A DNA stretch of 64,000 nt from assembly GCA_963805085.1 (NCBI GenBank), contig CAWDTA010000002.1, positions 608,001 through 672,000 on the forward strand. The letters are read 5' to 3'. The stretch comes from an uncultured Veillonellaceae bacterium. GTDB taxonomy: Bacteria > Bacillota > Negativicutes > JARBTT01. A program made the translations under genes and the position numbers. Under the pieces are notes generated by a model that was not told the DNA's origin, ran no database searches, and saw nothing but the letters and a program-made list of their open reading frames with translations. This document shows, piece by piece, positions 37,033 to 48,940 of the stretch. Every line of letters begins with the position of its first letter. Position 1 is the first letter of the stretch.

Positions 37033-38643
37033 TCATTTTTCCTCATGAAGCTTATCAATCGCATTTTGTTCAACAGACAAACCTGCCTGATAAATCCTGA
37101 TGAATTTTTCATATCCGATGACGCCTATTGGCTCTGGATTCAACGTCATTGCTTCGGGATTTGCAAAAACTTTTTGGTCCAGAAAATCCTCAAGACTCTT
37201 AGTTTTGTCACCTTCTCTTACGTAGGATGCCAGTACCGCCATGCCCCAAGGCCCCCCCTGGCTTGCAGTTTTCATAACCGTAATGGGCGTGTCAAGCGCA
37301 TTGGCTAAAATTTGTTGGGCAATCACCGGTGTTTTGAAGAGTCCGCCCTGTGCAATAAGAACTTCGGTTTTTATCTGTTCTTCATTTTTCAAGATATCCA
37401 TACCGATTTTCAACGGAGCAAACGCGGAATAAAGCTGCGTTAAAATAAAGTTCGCCAAAGAAAATTCACAATTCGGCGTTCTGACAAATAGAGGCCGCCC
37501 GGCAGACATTTTGGTGATATTCTCACCTGACAAATAGCTGTAATTGACAAGTCCGCCTGCATCAGGCTTAGCCTTTGCAGTCACAAGGAACAATGCTTCA
37601 TACAATTTATCCGGCTTTAAATCAACGCCAAGCCGACTAGCAAACTGTCTGAAAATTTCCGCCCATGCATTGATATCTGACGAGCAGTTATTAATATGTA
37701 CCATCGCCACCGGAAAACCGTCCGGCGTCATTACGATGTCGATGTCGCGGTGCACTTTTGCTAACGGCTTATCCAGAACCACCATCGAAAAAGCAGAAGT
37801 TCCCACCGAGATATTACCCGTTCTTTTCCGAACGCTATTTGTCGCTACCATTCCGGTACCGGCATCGCCTTCCGGAGGCGCCATTATGCTGCCACTGACA
37901 AGATTCCCATTAACATCAAGCAATTTGGCTCCTTCTTCACTCAACATTCCGGCTGCTTGCCCCGCTTTAAGCACCTTAGGCAGAATACCATGAATATCCC
38001 ATGGATATTTCTTTACCTCCGCCAATTGACTAAAGCATTTTAAAAATTCTTCATTGTACGTACCTGTTTGTTCATCAATCGGAAAAGCTCCCGACGCATC
38101 CCCGATGCCAAGAATTTTCTGCCCAGAAAGTTTCCAATGTACATAACCTGCCAGAGTGGTGATGAATACTATTTTTCTGACATGCTCCTCTTCATTCAAA
38201 ACAGCCTGATATAAGTGCGCAATACACCAACGCTGTGGAATATTGAAACCAAATAGCTTTGTCAGCCTGTCTGTAGCCGGGCTAGTTGTATTGTTCCGCC
38301 AGGTTCTGAAAGGAGTTAGTAACTCATCTTCTTCTGAAAAAGCAAGATAGCCATGCATCATAGCACTGATACCAATCGAGCCGATATGAATCAAAGACTG
38401 ATGATACTTGCTCTTAACATCTGCCGTCAACTGTCTGTAACTTTCCCTGATTCCTTCCCATACCTGATCCAAAGGATAAGTCCATATGCCCTCCTTGTAC
38501 TGATTCTCCCAAACATAACAACCTGACGCTACAGTCTTAAAATCATCGGTGACCAGCACCGATTTGATTTGCGTCGATCCTAGCTCAATTCCAAGGGAAA
38601 TACGTCCTTCTTTTATTGCTTGAGAAATTTCTACTAAATTCAT
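37033..38643 (-). CDS. araB: FGGY-family kinase, L-ribulokinase (Firmicute AraB type)
   Basis: GIELGSTQIK, SAMMHGY, PEGDAGTGM, SVGTSAF; ara context. Confidence 0.82.
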   Translation of the reverse strand: MNLVEISQAIKEGRISLGIELGSTQIKSVLVTDDFKTVASGCYVWENQYKEGIWTYPLDQVWEGIRESYRQLTADVKSKYHQSLIHIGSIGISAMMHGYLAFSEEDELLTPFRTWRNNTTSPATDRLTKLFGFNIPQRWCIAHLYQAVLNEEEHVRKIVFITTLAGYVHWKLSGQKILGIGDASGAFPIDEQTGTYNEEFLKCFSQLAEVKKYPWDIHGILPKVLKAGQAAGMLSEEGAKLLDVNGNLVSGSIMAPPEGDAGTGMVATNSVRKRTGNISVGTSAFSMVVLDKPLAKVHRDIDIVMTPDGFPVAMVHINNCSSDINAWAEIFRQFASRLGVDLKPDKLYEALFLVTAKAKPDAGGLVNYSYLSGENITKMSAGRPLFVRTPNCEFSLANFILTQLYSAFAPLKIGMDILKNEEQIKTEVLIAQGGLFKTPVIAQQILANALDTPITVMKTASQGGPWGMAVLASYVREGDKTKSLEDFLDQKVFANPEAMTLNPEPIGVIGYEKFIRIYQAGLSVEQNAIDKLHEEK

Positions 38644-38957
38644 TAAAAACAGTACACCTCCCAAAATCCAAATAATATCACTTTGGCTTCATTCTTATAT
38701 ACAATACAAGCGTTGAATAAAGCATGACTTTCTATTATGTAGAAAGTTGTGATTTTTCAGACTAATTATAAATAACACCTACTCTGACCTAATGTCACGC
38801 CAAGAACCCGCTTCATCATATATGCAAGCATCCTGAAGCAATGCGGCGTATATTGCTTTTGGTCAAGTGAAAATTTACAGTCTGCCATAAAAAACTGATT
38901 CCATCGACTATACGTTTAATACCAAACTATCTTCTTTAAATTTATCCTCCTTTTAAA

Positions 38958-38992
38958 CATCATACAACTTTATATATTCATCATACAACTTT
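38958..38992 (-). promoter_or_regulatory. Tandem operator-like repeat upstream of araB
   Basis: catcatacaacttt twice, 21 bp apart; resembles an AraR-type TTGTA box. Confidence 0.5.
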
Positions 38993-39141
38993 TCTTTTTT
39001 ACTGTAAATATTTATTTAAAATATTATGAATAAAATTTTTATGAATGGACAATTCTTTAATTTTTTTGGCTGAAATTTGAACAAATCATTATTTCAAATT
39101 TTTTATTGATGTTCTTTCAACAAGGTTCGGTAGGAACCATT

Positions 39142-40126
39142 GGGGTCAGGCTTGAGTTATATGTAAAATTGACTTATTCTTCTTTACTCTTTAATTGCTG
39201 GTTAACTCTTGACAAATTCTTGTAATATTGGCTGGATCAATCTGCAGTACATTGGCTAACTGCGTCCTTGTCATTAGCTCCCTCTCAAGCGCTTCATAAA
39301 TCAATCTTTTTCTAGCTGCTACTACCTGCCGTATCCGGCACTTCCCTACCAACTTCTCTTGACTTATTTCTTCCTCTACAGTAATCTTCTCTACGAGCTG
39401 TTCCCATGTTAACTTCGTTCGGCTTTGTTCCATTTCTGCTTGTAATAGAGTTTTTTGAGTCTCTTTCCCTTGTTCATTTTCAACGCTACATTCCAGCTTA
39501 TCAACGACAGCTCCAACTAAAATCAGATACTGTGCCCTTGCCTTCTCAGTATTAGTACTCAATGTATTTAATATAAATTCTACATTTACTAATCCCGATG
39601 CTCTTCTAACATATAACAGATGACTGCTCCACCTATAGTCCACTCCCTCCAGCATGCTTGCCCGTACTGGATTTTGATGAATATAACATATAAGAGCCAT
39701 TAGATAACTTTCTTTCTCACAGATAAAGGCCTTGTAGCGTTGTTCAAATACATGTCCGCTATGTTTCTGATGCCAATTATAATGTTGCGTATACCTCTGT
39801 TGAATGCCTTGCATAATTTTTGCCAATGGATCTTTTCCTACTTGAAGTAGTAAGTGGACATGATTGTCCATAATCACATAAGCGTACAATTGAAAGTCAT
39901 ATCGCTTTTTATAGTCGGCTAAAATCTCTAGATATTTACCCTTTTTTTCCTCTGCTTCAAATACACGTTCCCTATTATTTCCTCTGGCTATTACGTGATA
40001 GATTGCACCTTCATAGTGTACCCTTGGTCTTCTTGCCATCCTTCTCACCCACCAATTTTTCTTGATTTCAAGCTTAGCAGGTCTTTTAATATAAGTCAAT
40101 TTTTCATATAACTCAAGCCTGACCCC
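39142..40126 (-). mobile_element. Complete TIR-flanked Y1 (HUH) transposase element, TIRYT-like, 985 bp
   Basis: 36-bp TIRs GGGGTCAGGCTTGAGTTATATG(T/A)AAAATTGACTTAT at both ends. Confidence 0.9.
39191..40039 (-). CDS. Y1 HUH transposase (RAYT/TIRYT-like) with C-terminal HTH
   Basis: MARRPR, YHVIARGNN, MDNHVHLL, GHVFEQRY, YIHQNPV, YRWSS. Confidence 0.92.
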   Translation of the reverse strand: MARRPRVHYEGAIYHVIARGNNRERVFEAEEKKGKYLEILADYKKRYDFQLYAYVIMDNHVHLLLQVGKDPLAKIMQGIQQRYTQHYNWHQKHSGHVFEQRYKAFICEKESYLMALICYIHQNPVRASMLEGVDYRWSSHLLYVRRASGLVNVEFILNTLSTNTEKARAQYLILVGAVVDKLECSVENEQGKETQKTLLQAEMEQSRTKLTWEQLVEKITVEEEISQEKLVGKCRIRQVVAARKRLIYEALERELMTRTQLANVLQIDPANITRICQELTSN

Positions 40127-40152
40127 AATAGTTTTTATTTTATACTAGTATA

Positions 40153-41184
40153 TTATTTATTTACTACTCCTATATTTACTTGTGGCGTAAGACGAAAATA
40201 GTAATCATCCTGTATGGGATAATATTTAGGAGAACATTTATCCAGAATCGGAAAATCATATCCATTATGTAAATCCTTTAGAGAATCCAGATATACATCA
40301 GACAGTTGAAAATCGAGGTATACTTTATCACCATATTCAGGCTCTTTAAAGGTACCGCTTTCTCTGCGTTTTTTTAATTCAATCGTATCTCTTTTTTCTA
40401 CATTTCCGTGCTTTTCAATACAAAATGTTTCCCAATGTATTGAACCCATGCCTTCCGCGTTCATCCATTCATGAGCCATATCTGTTTGCGCTAATAAATT
40501 GCCTCCTGTACTCAAATTAAGATCAGGGAAATGTGCCATTTCAAACAGTTGGTTTTCTAATCGTTGATATCCAGGCAACATAATGCATCTATCATTACCA
40601 TAAAATAAAATAATTTTACCAGTAGGTTTTGTTACTCTCACAAATTCTTTGAAAATCAATCGTGGATCAGTAAAAATTCCGGGACATAGTGTATCACAGC
40701 ACCATATCCAATCAAAGGTGTTATCTGGAATCGTACATAATTTACCTTCTTCGTCAACATATTGCAAAGGCTTTTGATTAAAATCAGATGTTGCTACTTT
40801 AACACTCAGTTCAGGATAAGTACTATTTAAATATTTCGCTTTAACATTTCTTGCATATTCAACATGCTCTGGTGTGTAGTCAAGACAAAGAATTTCTCCA
40901 TTGTTCTTTATTCCTGAAGATAATAAAGGAAGAATTCCTCCTGGGCCACATCCTGCATCCAGACCATAGCTTCCTTTAGGCAAATTCGCCAATTCAATAG
41001 CTTTACTATATCCCTTCCACATCATACTGTTAAAAGAAAGCATTTGTTTTACATAGGGAGATAAAGTTACTTTCTCGTTATAAATTGTATTTTGAACAAC
41101 GTTTGCCGTCTTTGTAAAGCCTTGATTCTGCATAACCTTTTTATCAGAAAAATAATAATTTGTCCTTCTTATATTTGTTAACAT
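40153..41184 (-). CDS. Class I SAM-dependent methyltransferase
   Basis: GLDAGCGPG motif I; FDWIWC; EFVRVTKPTG. Confidence 0.85.
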   Translation of the reverse strand: MLTNIRRTNYYFSDKKVMQNQGFTKTANVVQNTIYNEKVTLSPYVKQMLSFNSMMWKGYSKAIELANLPKGSYGLDAGCGPGGILPLLSSGIKNNGEILCLDYTPEHVEYARNVKAKYLNSTYPELSVKVATSDFNQKPLQYVDEEGKLCTIPDNTFDWIWCCDTLCPGIFTDPRLIFKEFVRVTKPTGKIILFYGNDRCIMLPGYQRLENQLFEMAHFPDLNLSTGGNLLAQTDMAHEWMNAEGMGSIHWETFCIEKHGNVEKRDTIELKKRRESGTFKEPEYGDKVYLDFQLSDVYLDSLKDLHNGYDFPILDKCSPKYYPIQDDYYFRLTPQVNIGVVNK

Positions 41185-41568
41185 TTTTCCACCTCATATA
41201 CTCTAGAGTACAAGCTCTATTTTTTTAGAAACCCATTTCCTAACCAGAAAAACCTTACTTATGTTCGAAATCACAAATTTTTAGGGCATGTTTACCGAGA
41301 GACTACTTCTATACAATAGGCTTTGTATTACTTCAATGTATCACACACCTCCAATGCCATTTTTTTATTTTACCTCCCCTTTCTTTATCCGTACAAAATC
41401 TCTAATTTTTAGCTAATTGTCCATATCATTTTGGGATTACTAGCAAGCGATATCGCTTAACATCAGCCGAAAGCTCTCCCGAATAACCGAGTGTTTTCAT
41501 ATTTTTCATTTCTGATTTCTAAAAAATAAGCTTTAAAGCCAGTTTTTGCACTACAAAAGTTAATTTGA

Positions 41569-42684
41569 TTAAAATAAATTTATATACTTCATATCTATCT
41601 TTAAATTTTTAAAGAGAAAAGGAAAACAGGTATTGATTATAAACTTTATTTTATAGTTTTCATATTCATACCAAATAGATTTAATGTAAAAATATAACGC
41701 TTTGAATCTATGTAATTTTTTACACACAAAACCTAATGTAAAATACTTTTTAGCAATTTGTTTTTGATAAGCCTTGATGCATGCATCTTTATTTGCTTTC
41801 ATAGTAGCATTTGTGATATATTTAATTCTATTTTTCCTGAATTTAACATGATAATATCCGCAAAAAACCAACTTATTAACAATAGATTTATCATTTATCA
41901 TTTTATCGAAATCAATATTTCTTCGATCAACAAAAAAGTACAGGTTGTCATTATTTCCCTGATTATAAATAAAATGACAGTCTCGTATTAAACAAATTTT
42001 ATGATTCATTATAACTCTTGTTGCAAAATCAATGTCCTCGCTTCCCCAGAATTCCTCATTAAATAGACCTACTTCCTTAATGAGTTTACTATTAAATACC
42101 ATAGTACATATGTGATAGCAGTATAATTCATTTATGACTGCATATTCATAAAAGTCTTCATCGAAAAATATCACATTATCTATTACTTTAGCGTTCAAAT
42201 CGTTAATTGCTTTTACTAATTTATTTGATTCATCAGGCTGATCAAAAGTGCGGTATAACTTGTCTGCTTTTCTTTCCATTACTAAAGAAAAGCAGACATT
42301 TAAATTATACTTTTTTAAGGTTTCAACACTTTTACTTAAATGATGTTCTACCCATTCATCATCTGAGTCTAAAAATGCTAGATAATCTCCTGATGAATTA
42401 ATAATTCCATGATTTCTCGCCCCTGAAACTCCCTTACACCGCTGATTAAGAAAATATCGTATTCTCTTATCAGTTTTAATATAATTATCAACCAAATCTT
42501 TAGTTTCATCAGTGCTATTATCATCTACTATTATTAATTCCCAATTGGTGTATTTTTGTTTAATAACCGAATTAATAGCTTTTGTTAGAGTATATGCTCT
42601 GTTATAAGTTGGTATAATTATACTAACAAGTGGGTCTTTGATATTTTGTTCCATACTAAAATTATTCTCTTGACTTGCATTCAT
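41569..42684 (-). CDS. Glycosyltransferase family 2
   Basis: VSIIIPTYNR, VDDNSTD, ARNHG, FLDSDD, SED. Confidence 0.93.
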   Translation of the reverse strand: MNASQENNFSMEQNIKDPLVSIIIPTYNRAYTLTKAINSVIKQKYTNWELIIVDDNSTDETKDLVDNYIKTDKRIRYFLNQRCKGVSGARNHGIINSSGDYLAFLDSDDEWVEHHLSKSVETLKKYNLNVCFSLVMERKADKLYRTFDQPDESNKLVKAINDLNAKVIDNVIFFDEDFYEYAVINELYCYHICTMVFNSKLIKEVGLFNEEFWGSEDIDFATRVIMNHKICLIRDCHFIYNQGNNDNLYFFVDRRNIDFDKMINDKSIVNKLVFCGYYHVKFRKNRIKYITNATMKANKDACIKAYQKQIAKKYFTLGFVCKKLHRFKALYFYIKSIWYEYENYKIKFIINTCFPFLFKNLKIDMKYINLF

Positions 42685-42749
42685 TTTATCGCTCTCCTTT
42701 GATAACACTACAAACTCCCACTCATGCTTTAGTTCTGAAAAAATTCCAA

Positions 42750-43818
<1,069 letters not shown>

Positions 43819-43856
43819 ATCATTTATCCTCCATTCACTCTCTATCTCAATTGAAC

Positions 43857-45473
43857 TTATGCCTTAAGTGTTAATCCTTCTTGTCGCGGATCACTGACTC
43901 CAACCCATGTATTGCCTTCTTTAACTGCTAACTGTGCTCCACCACCAGCCTTATATAGCGGTACTTTCCTTACAGGATGTCCCTTCTTTAAAAGTTCGTC
44001 TATCGTGCTGGCAGGACATGTCTCTTCAATTTTAAGTTGTATTTTATCACTAGGTTCGCTTGGATCATTACCAGGAATAAACGTCCATCGCGATTCATTA
44101 TTTAACAGTTTTTTTATATTAGCATTATATACTAAAATTTTATATAGATTCTGGCTATTCCATTGTATCTGCCCGTCTCCACCAGGTGTACCGCCTACAC
44201 ATATACATTCTTTAGCTTCATTTAGCACTACAAAGGATCCTAATGTATTGATTGGCCTTTTTCCGCCTTGAATACAATTAGGATGAGATGGATGCATGGT
44301 AAAGCCTCGCCCAACGCGATTGTTTAAAATAATACCTGTATCTCCTATAGTAATGCCAGCTCCAAAACCTAAAGATAGACTTGCTATGCAACTACAAACA
44401 TTGCCATCCTTATCTATAGCATAAAAATAGGTCGTATCTCCATAGAAATAGTTACTATTGCTCTTTTTTATATTTTTAGCTTTGTCATAAGATATCTGAT
44501 TTCTAATATATTGAATCATACTATCTGAAAACATATAATCTAAATCTACAGAAACAAATTTAGGATCACCAATATAATTTCCTCTAATCTCATTGATGCA
44601 TTTTACAGTCTCAACCATATAATGTATCAAATCAGCTTCATTGCGTATGTTTATATTTTCTAAAACTTTTAGTGTTAATAACATCATAAAACCTTGCGAG
44701 GGCAATGAGTTCTGATAAATATAATTTCCTTTAAATTTTATTTCTAAAGGTTCTTCAAATTGCACTGAAAAATTTGACAGATCTTCTTTCGTAAAAAATC
44801 CATTATTAGCTTTAGATGTAGCAATGAGCTTGTCTGCAATTTCACCTTGATAAAAAAAGTTTCTTCCTTGATTCGCCACTTTTTCAAGAGTCACACCAAG
44901 TTTTTTTTGCTGTAATGTTTCTCCACTATTATAAAACTCGCCATTTTTATAATATATGTCCAATAAGTTTCTATCATTTAATGCTGTCTTATGGCAATTC
45001 TTCAACCAGTGGCTTAATTGAGGAGTAACCTCAAATCCATCAATGGCATATTGTATTGCGGGCTGCCATATTTTTTTTAATGGCATACTGCCAAATTTAT
45101 TCAAAAGTTCAAAATAAGCAGCAGGTGCACTTGGAACTGCTGAGGACGTTATCCCTAACAGAGGCAGGGATGAATATCCATTATTAATAAAATACTCTGC
45201 ATTAATTTTGGATGGAGCAGTTCCAGCTCCATTTAATGAATATACTTTCTTTTCTGCAGCGCAATAATATAATAAAAACAAGTCTCCACCCAAACCACAA
45301 GACATTGGTAAGGTTACATTCAAAACCCCTGCCATAGCTAGGCAAGCATCTGCTGCGTTTCCTCCATTTTTTAAGATATCCACTCCTGTTTTTGTAGCCA
45401 ACTGACTTCCGCTTGCAACCATTCCAAACGTCTTACTGTTATTATACGCTAACTCTTCCTGATTTAAGTTCAC
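43857..45473 (-). CDS. ggt: Gamma-glutamyltransferase family (Ntn hydrolase)
   Basis: GGNAADA, GLGGDLF, GDTTY nucleophile Thr, LNNR, GTPGGDGQ, SDPR. Confidence 0.9.
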   Translation of the reverse strand: MNLNQEELAYNNSKTFGMVASGSQLATKTGVDILKNGGNAADACLAMAGVLNVTLPMSCGLGGDLFLLYYCAAEKKVYSLNGAGTAPSKINAEYFINNGYSSLPLLGITSSAVPSAPAAYFELLNKFGSMPLKKIWQPAIQYAIDGFEVTPQLSHWLKNCHKTALNDRNLLDIYYKNGEFYNSGETLQQKKLGVTLEKVANQGRNFFYQGEIADKLIATSKANNGFFTKEDLSNFSVQFEEPLEIKFKGNYIYQNSLPSQGFMMLLTLKVLENINIRNEADLIHYMVETVKCINEIRGNYIGDPKFVSVDLDYMFSDSMIQYIRNQISYDKAKNIKKSNSNYFYGDTTYFYAIDKDGNVCSCIASLSLGFGAGITIGDTGIILNNRVGRGFTMHPSHPNCIQGGKRPINTLGSFVVLNEAKECICVGGTPGGDGQIQWNSQNLYKILVYNANIKKLLNNESRWTFIPGNDPSEPSDKIQLKIEETCPASTIDELLKKGHPVRKVPLYKAGGGAQLAVKEGNTWVGVSDPRQEGLTLKA

Positions 45474-46299
45474 ATATAGCCCCTCCTTTCTTCTTAGCTA
45501 TACAAAAGGCACTGGCATGATATGTCGAATATTGTTCATTGTTATTGTCCAATTTAAGCTTTTCTATAAAATAACTACAGACAGCATCCTGCTGTTTTTT
45601 ATCTAGAGGATGAAGCCACATACTTCCTGATGCTTTTAACCAAGAAAAGTATTCTTCAAAATTGGAAAAATATACTTTTCTTAATACCAGTCCATAATCA
45701 CTTACTACTAAATCTTTTTCAACAAACGACCTCATTAATTCCACAGGTGTAATCCTTCTTTTACTAAATGAATCAAACTTCTTATAATAATCCACAAGAC
45801 CTAGCTGGTTTATAGACAACAGAAATTCTCTTTCTTCTTCATCTAGTACTGCTTCGATTTCATTATCAATTCCTGCAGTATATATTGCCAAAATCCCATC
45901 ATTCCTCAAAGAAGATACCAATTTTTCTAAAACACGCTCTTTATTAAACCAATGAAATGCAGCATTACTTATTATGACATCATAAAGATCTATATCTAAC
46001 TCCTCAATATTGCCTTGAATAAATTTTATATTATGAATATTTAACAAATCAGCTTGTTTCTTCCCAACATCAAGCATGTCAGAAGATAAATCTATACCAG
46101 CGAAATTACAGTTAGGATGTTGTTGTGTCAAATGTAGTAAAATATTCCCCGTTCCACAACCAACATCAAGAACATGATCTCCCTCCTTTAACTGAATATT
46201 CCTGACTAGTTCTAAACCGTTTAAGAATTGTGCTTTTGTGTTTAAATCTTTATAGATATCCCCGTCAACCCAATAGTTTTTACTCATGATTTTCCCCAC
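45442..46299 (-). CDS. Class I SAM-dependent methyltransferase
   Basis: VLDVGCGTG, GIDLS..ML, YDVIISNAAFHW. Confidence 0.9.
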   Translation of the reverse strand: MGKIMSKNYWVDGDIYKDLNTKAQFLNGLELVRNIQLKEGDHVLDVGCGTGNILLHLTQQHPNCNFAGIDLSSDMLDVGKKQADLLNIHNIKFIQGNIEELDIDLYDVIISNAAFHWFNKERVLEKLVSSLRNDGILAIYTAGIDNEIEAVLDEEEREFLLSINQLGLVDYYKKFDSFSKRRITPVELMRSFVEKDLVVSDYGLVLRKVYFSNFEEYFSWLKASGSMWLHPLDKKQQDAVCSYFIEKLKLDNNNEQYSTYHASAFCIAKKKGGAICELKSGRVSV

Positions 46300-46345
46300 A
46301 ATCGCTATTGCATTACTCTTACTTATTTTAAACCTATAAGTTTCC

Positions 46346-46948
46346 CTACACCATCTTAAGTAAGTGATGACATCGCTCTTTCTTAGTTTTTAAATACTGT
46401 CTATTATGAAGATTAGGTGAAATTTCGATTTGCTCTACTTTGATTTCAAAGCCACTATCGACTAACGCTTTTATTTTATCTGGATTATTCGTCATTAATC
46501 GTAATGATCGCATTCCTAATTCTTTTAATATGTATACAGCAAAACTATAGTCTCTTGAATCATTGGCAAATCCAAGTTTTATATTTGCTTCAACAGTATC
46601 TAAGTTAAATTTTTGTTGAAGATAATAAGCATTTGCTTTATTAAATAACCCGATTCCTCTCCCTTCTTGTCTAAGATAAATTAAGACACCTAATTTTTCA
46701 TCAGCAATTCTTTTCATTGCTTCTCTTAATTGGTTCATACAATCACATCTCAAGGAAGTAAATACCTCACCAGTAATACATTCAGAGTGAATTCTTACTA
46801 ATGCACCTTTTTTTAATGTTTTTATATTACCCATTGATAATACAATCGGATTACTCCCATCAAACAATTCAAATACTTGGGTCTTAAACTCCCCAAACTC
46901 CGTAGGCAGTGTAAATTTTTCTGAAGACCTCATAACCAATTTTTCCAT
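46346..46948 (-). CDS. ribA: GTP cyclohydrolase II
   Basis: VRIHSECITG...RCDC, RQEGRGIGL, DSRDY, LMTNNPDK. Confidence 0.95.
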   Translation of the reverse strand: MEKLVMRSSEKFTLPTEFGEFKTQVFELFDGSNPIVLSMGNIKTLKKGALVRIHSECITGEVFTSLRCDCMNQLREAMKRIADEKLGVLIYLRQEGRGIGLFNKANAYYLQQKFNLDTVEANIKLGFANDSRDYSFAVYILKELGMRSLRLMTNNPDKIKALVDSGFEIKVEQIEISPNLHNRQYLKTKKERCHHLLKMV

Positions 46949-47000
46949 TTTTATTAATCTCCTCAACATAGGTTTTCATCTCTAAAAAATTCATCCTTAG

Positions 47001-47822
47001 TCATATATTTAATATTTGTCTTGCTTCTATTGGTGTCGCAATCTCCCTCCCCATCTCCACAGAGTATTTCGTAATACGTTCTACTAATTGTGCATTACTT
47101 GATGCTAATTCATGATATTTATAATAAACATTATCCTCAAAACCCGTTCTTACATGTCCCCCCGCTAAGATACCAGCCAAATTCATAGGCAATTGACTAC
47201 TCCCTACCGCAGCAACAAACCAGTTGCTGTCTTTAGGAATACTTTCAATTAAAAACAATAGATTTTTTACACTAGCTGGTATACCACCATTAACCCCCAG
47301 AACAAATTGAAAATTTAAAGGTCCTTTCACTATGCCTTTTCGTGCAAATTCAACAACATGTCCTATCATTCCAAAATCGAATATCTCAAATTCGGGTCTA
47401 ATTTGGTGCTTGCCAATTTCTTCAGCCAATTTTAAAATAAAGCTTGGTGTGTTAATGAATACCTTACCATTTCTATTAAAAGACCCTGGTGTAAAAGATG
47501 CTATTTCTGGCATACATGTTAATGGTTTTAAACGGCTTGAATCATCTCCGTCCACATTAAAACCTGTGGTTGTTAGACAGATTAATATATCAGTTTTTTC
47601 TCTAATTCGTTCTAATATTTCTCGATATACCTCTACACGCTGACTTGGTGTTCCATCGCACTCTCTTGCATGAATATGGACAATAGATGCTCCTGCATTC
47701 CGGCAGTCATACACAGATTGAGCTATTTCTTTGGGTGTTATCGGTAAATTAGGATTATTCTTCTTTGTTGTAATGCCTCCATTAATTGCGGCGGTAACAA
47801 TCAACTTATTCAACCTTATCAC
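47001..47822 (-). CDS. BKACE / 3-keto-5-aminohexanoate cleavage enzyme family (DUF849)
   Basis: TAAING, PITPKEIA, AGASIVHIHAR, PEFEIFD, GHVRTGFEDN. Confidence 0.92.
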   Translation of the reverse strand: MIRLNKLIVTAAINGGITTKKNNPNLPITPKEIAQSVYDCRNAGASIVHIHARECDGTPSQRVEVYREILERIREKTDILICLTTTGFNVDGDDSSRLKPLTCMPEIASFTPGSFNRNGKVFINTPSFILKLAEEIGKHQIRPEFEIFDFGMIGHVVEFARKGIVKGPLNFQFVLGVNGGIPASVKNLLFLIESIPKDSNWFVAAVGSSQLPMNLAGILAGGHVRTGFEDNVYYKYHELASSNAQLVERITKYSVEMGREIATPIEARQILNI

Positions 47823-47953
47823 CTTCTATACTTTTTTTATTTTTCTTACACTAATGTAGAAAATTGCCCATTAATAATTCAATATGAACATCGCCTTAAT
47901 ATTAATTTACCATATTTACTAATTAATGCAAATAATTATATAACTTGACCCTC

Positions 47954-48930
47954 GGGGTCAGGCTTGAGTTATATGTAAAATTGACTTATTCTTCTTTAAT
48001 TGTTAGTTAACTCTTGACAAATTCTTGTAATATTGGCTGGATCAATCTGTAGTACTTTGGCTAACTGCGTCCTTGTCATTAAATCTCTCTCAAGCACTTC
48101 ATAAATCAATCGCTTTCTAGCTGCTACTACCTTCCGTATCCGGCACTTCCCTACCAATTTCTCTTGACTTATTTCTTCCTCTACACTAATCTTCTCTACG
48201 AGCTGTTCCCATGTTAACTTCGTTCGGCTTTGTTCCATTTTTGCTTGTAATAGAGTTTTTTGAGTCTCTTTCCCTTGTTCGTTTTCAACGCTATATTCCA
48301 GCTTATCAACGGCAGCCCCTACTAAAATCAGATACTGTGCCCTTGCCTGCTCAGTATTCGTACTCAATGTATTTAATATAAATTCTACATTTACTAATCC
48401 CGGTGCTCTTCTAACATATGACAGATGGCTGCTCCACCTATAGTCCACCCCTTCCAGCATGCTTGCCCGTACTGGATTTTGATGAATATAACATATAAGA
48501 GCCATTAGATAACTCTCTTTCTCACAGATAAAGGCCTTGTAGCGTTGTTCAAATACATGTCCGCTATGTTTCTGATGCCAATTATAATGTTGCGTGTACC
48601 TCTGTTGAATGCCTTGCATAATTTTTGCCAATGGATCTTTTCCTACTTGAAGTAGTAAGTGGACATGATTGTCCATAATCACATAAACGTACAATTGAAA
48701 GTCATATCGCTTTTTATAGTCGGCTAAGATCTCTAGATATTTACCTTTTTCTTCCTCTATTTCAAATACATGTTCCCTATTATTTCCTCTGGCTATTACG
48801 TGATAGATTGCACCTTCATAGTGTACCCTTGGTCTTCTTGCCATCCTTCTCACCCACCAATCTTTCTTGATTTCAAGCTTAGCAGGTCTTTACTATAAGT
48901 CAATTTTTCATATAACTCAAGCCTGACCCC
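47954..48930 (-). mobile_element. Complete TIR-flanked Y1 transposase element, 977 bp
   Basis: Same 36-bp TIRs at both ends. Confidence 0.9.
47996..48844 (-). CDS. Y1 HUH transposase (RAYT/TIRYT-like)
   Basis: NHVH HUH motif, YIHQNP catalytic Tyr. Confidence 0.92.
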   Translation of the reverse strand: MARRPRVHYEGAIYHVIARGNNREHVFEIEEEKGKYLEILADYKKRYDFQLYVYVIMDNHVHLLLQVGKDPLAKIMQGIQQRYTQHYNWHQKHSGHVFEQRYKAFICEKESYLMALICYIHQNPVRASMLEGVDYRWSSHLSYVRRAPGLVNVEFILNTLSTNTEQARAQYLILVGAAVDKLEYSVENEQGKETQKTLLQAKMEQSRTKLTWEQLVEKISVEEEISQEKLVGKCRIRKVVAARKRLIYEVLERDLMTRTQLAKVLQIDPANITRICQELTNN

Positions 48931-48940
48931 AAAACACCCC

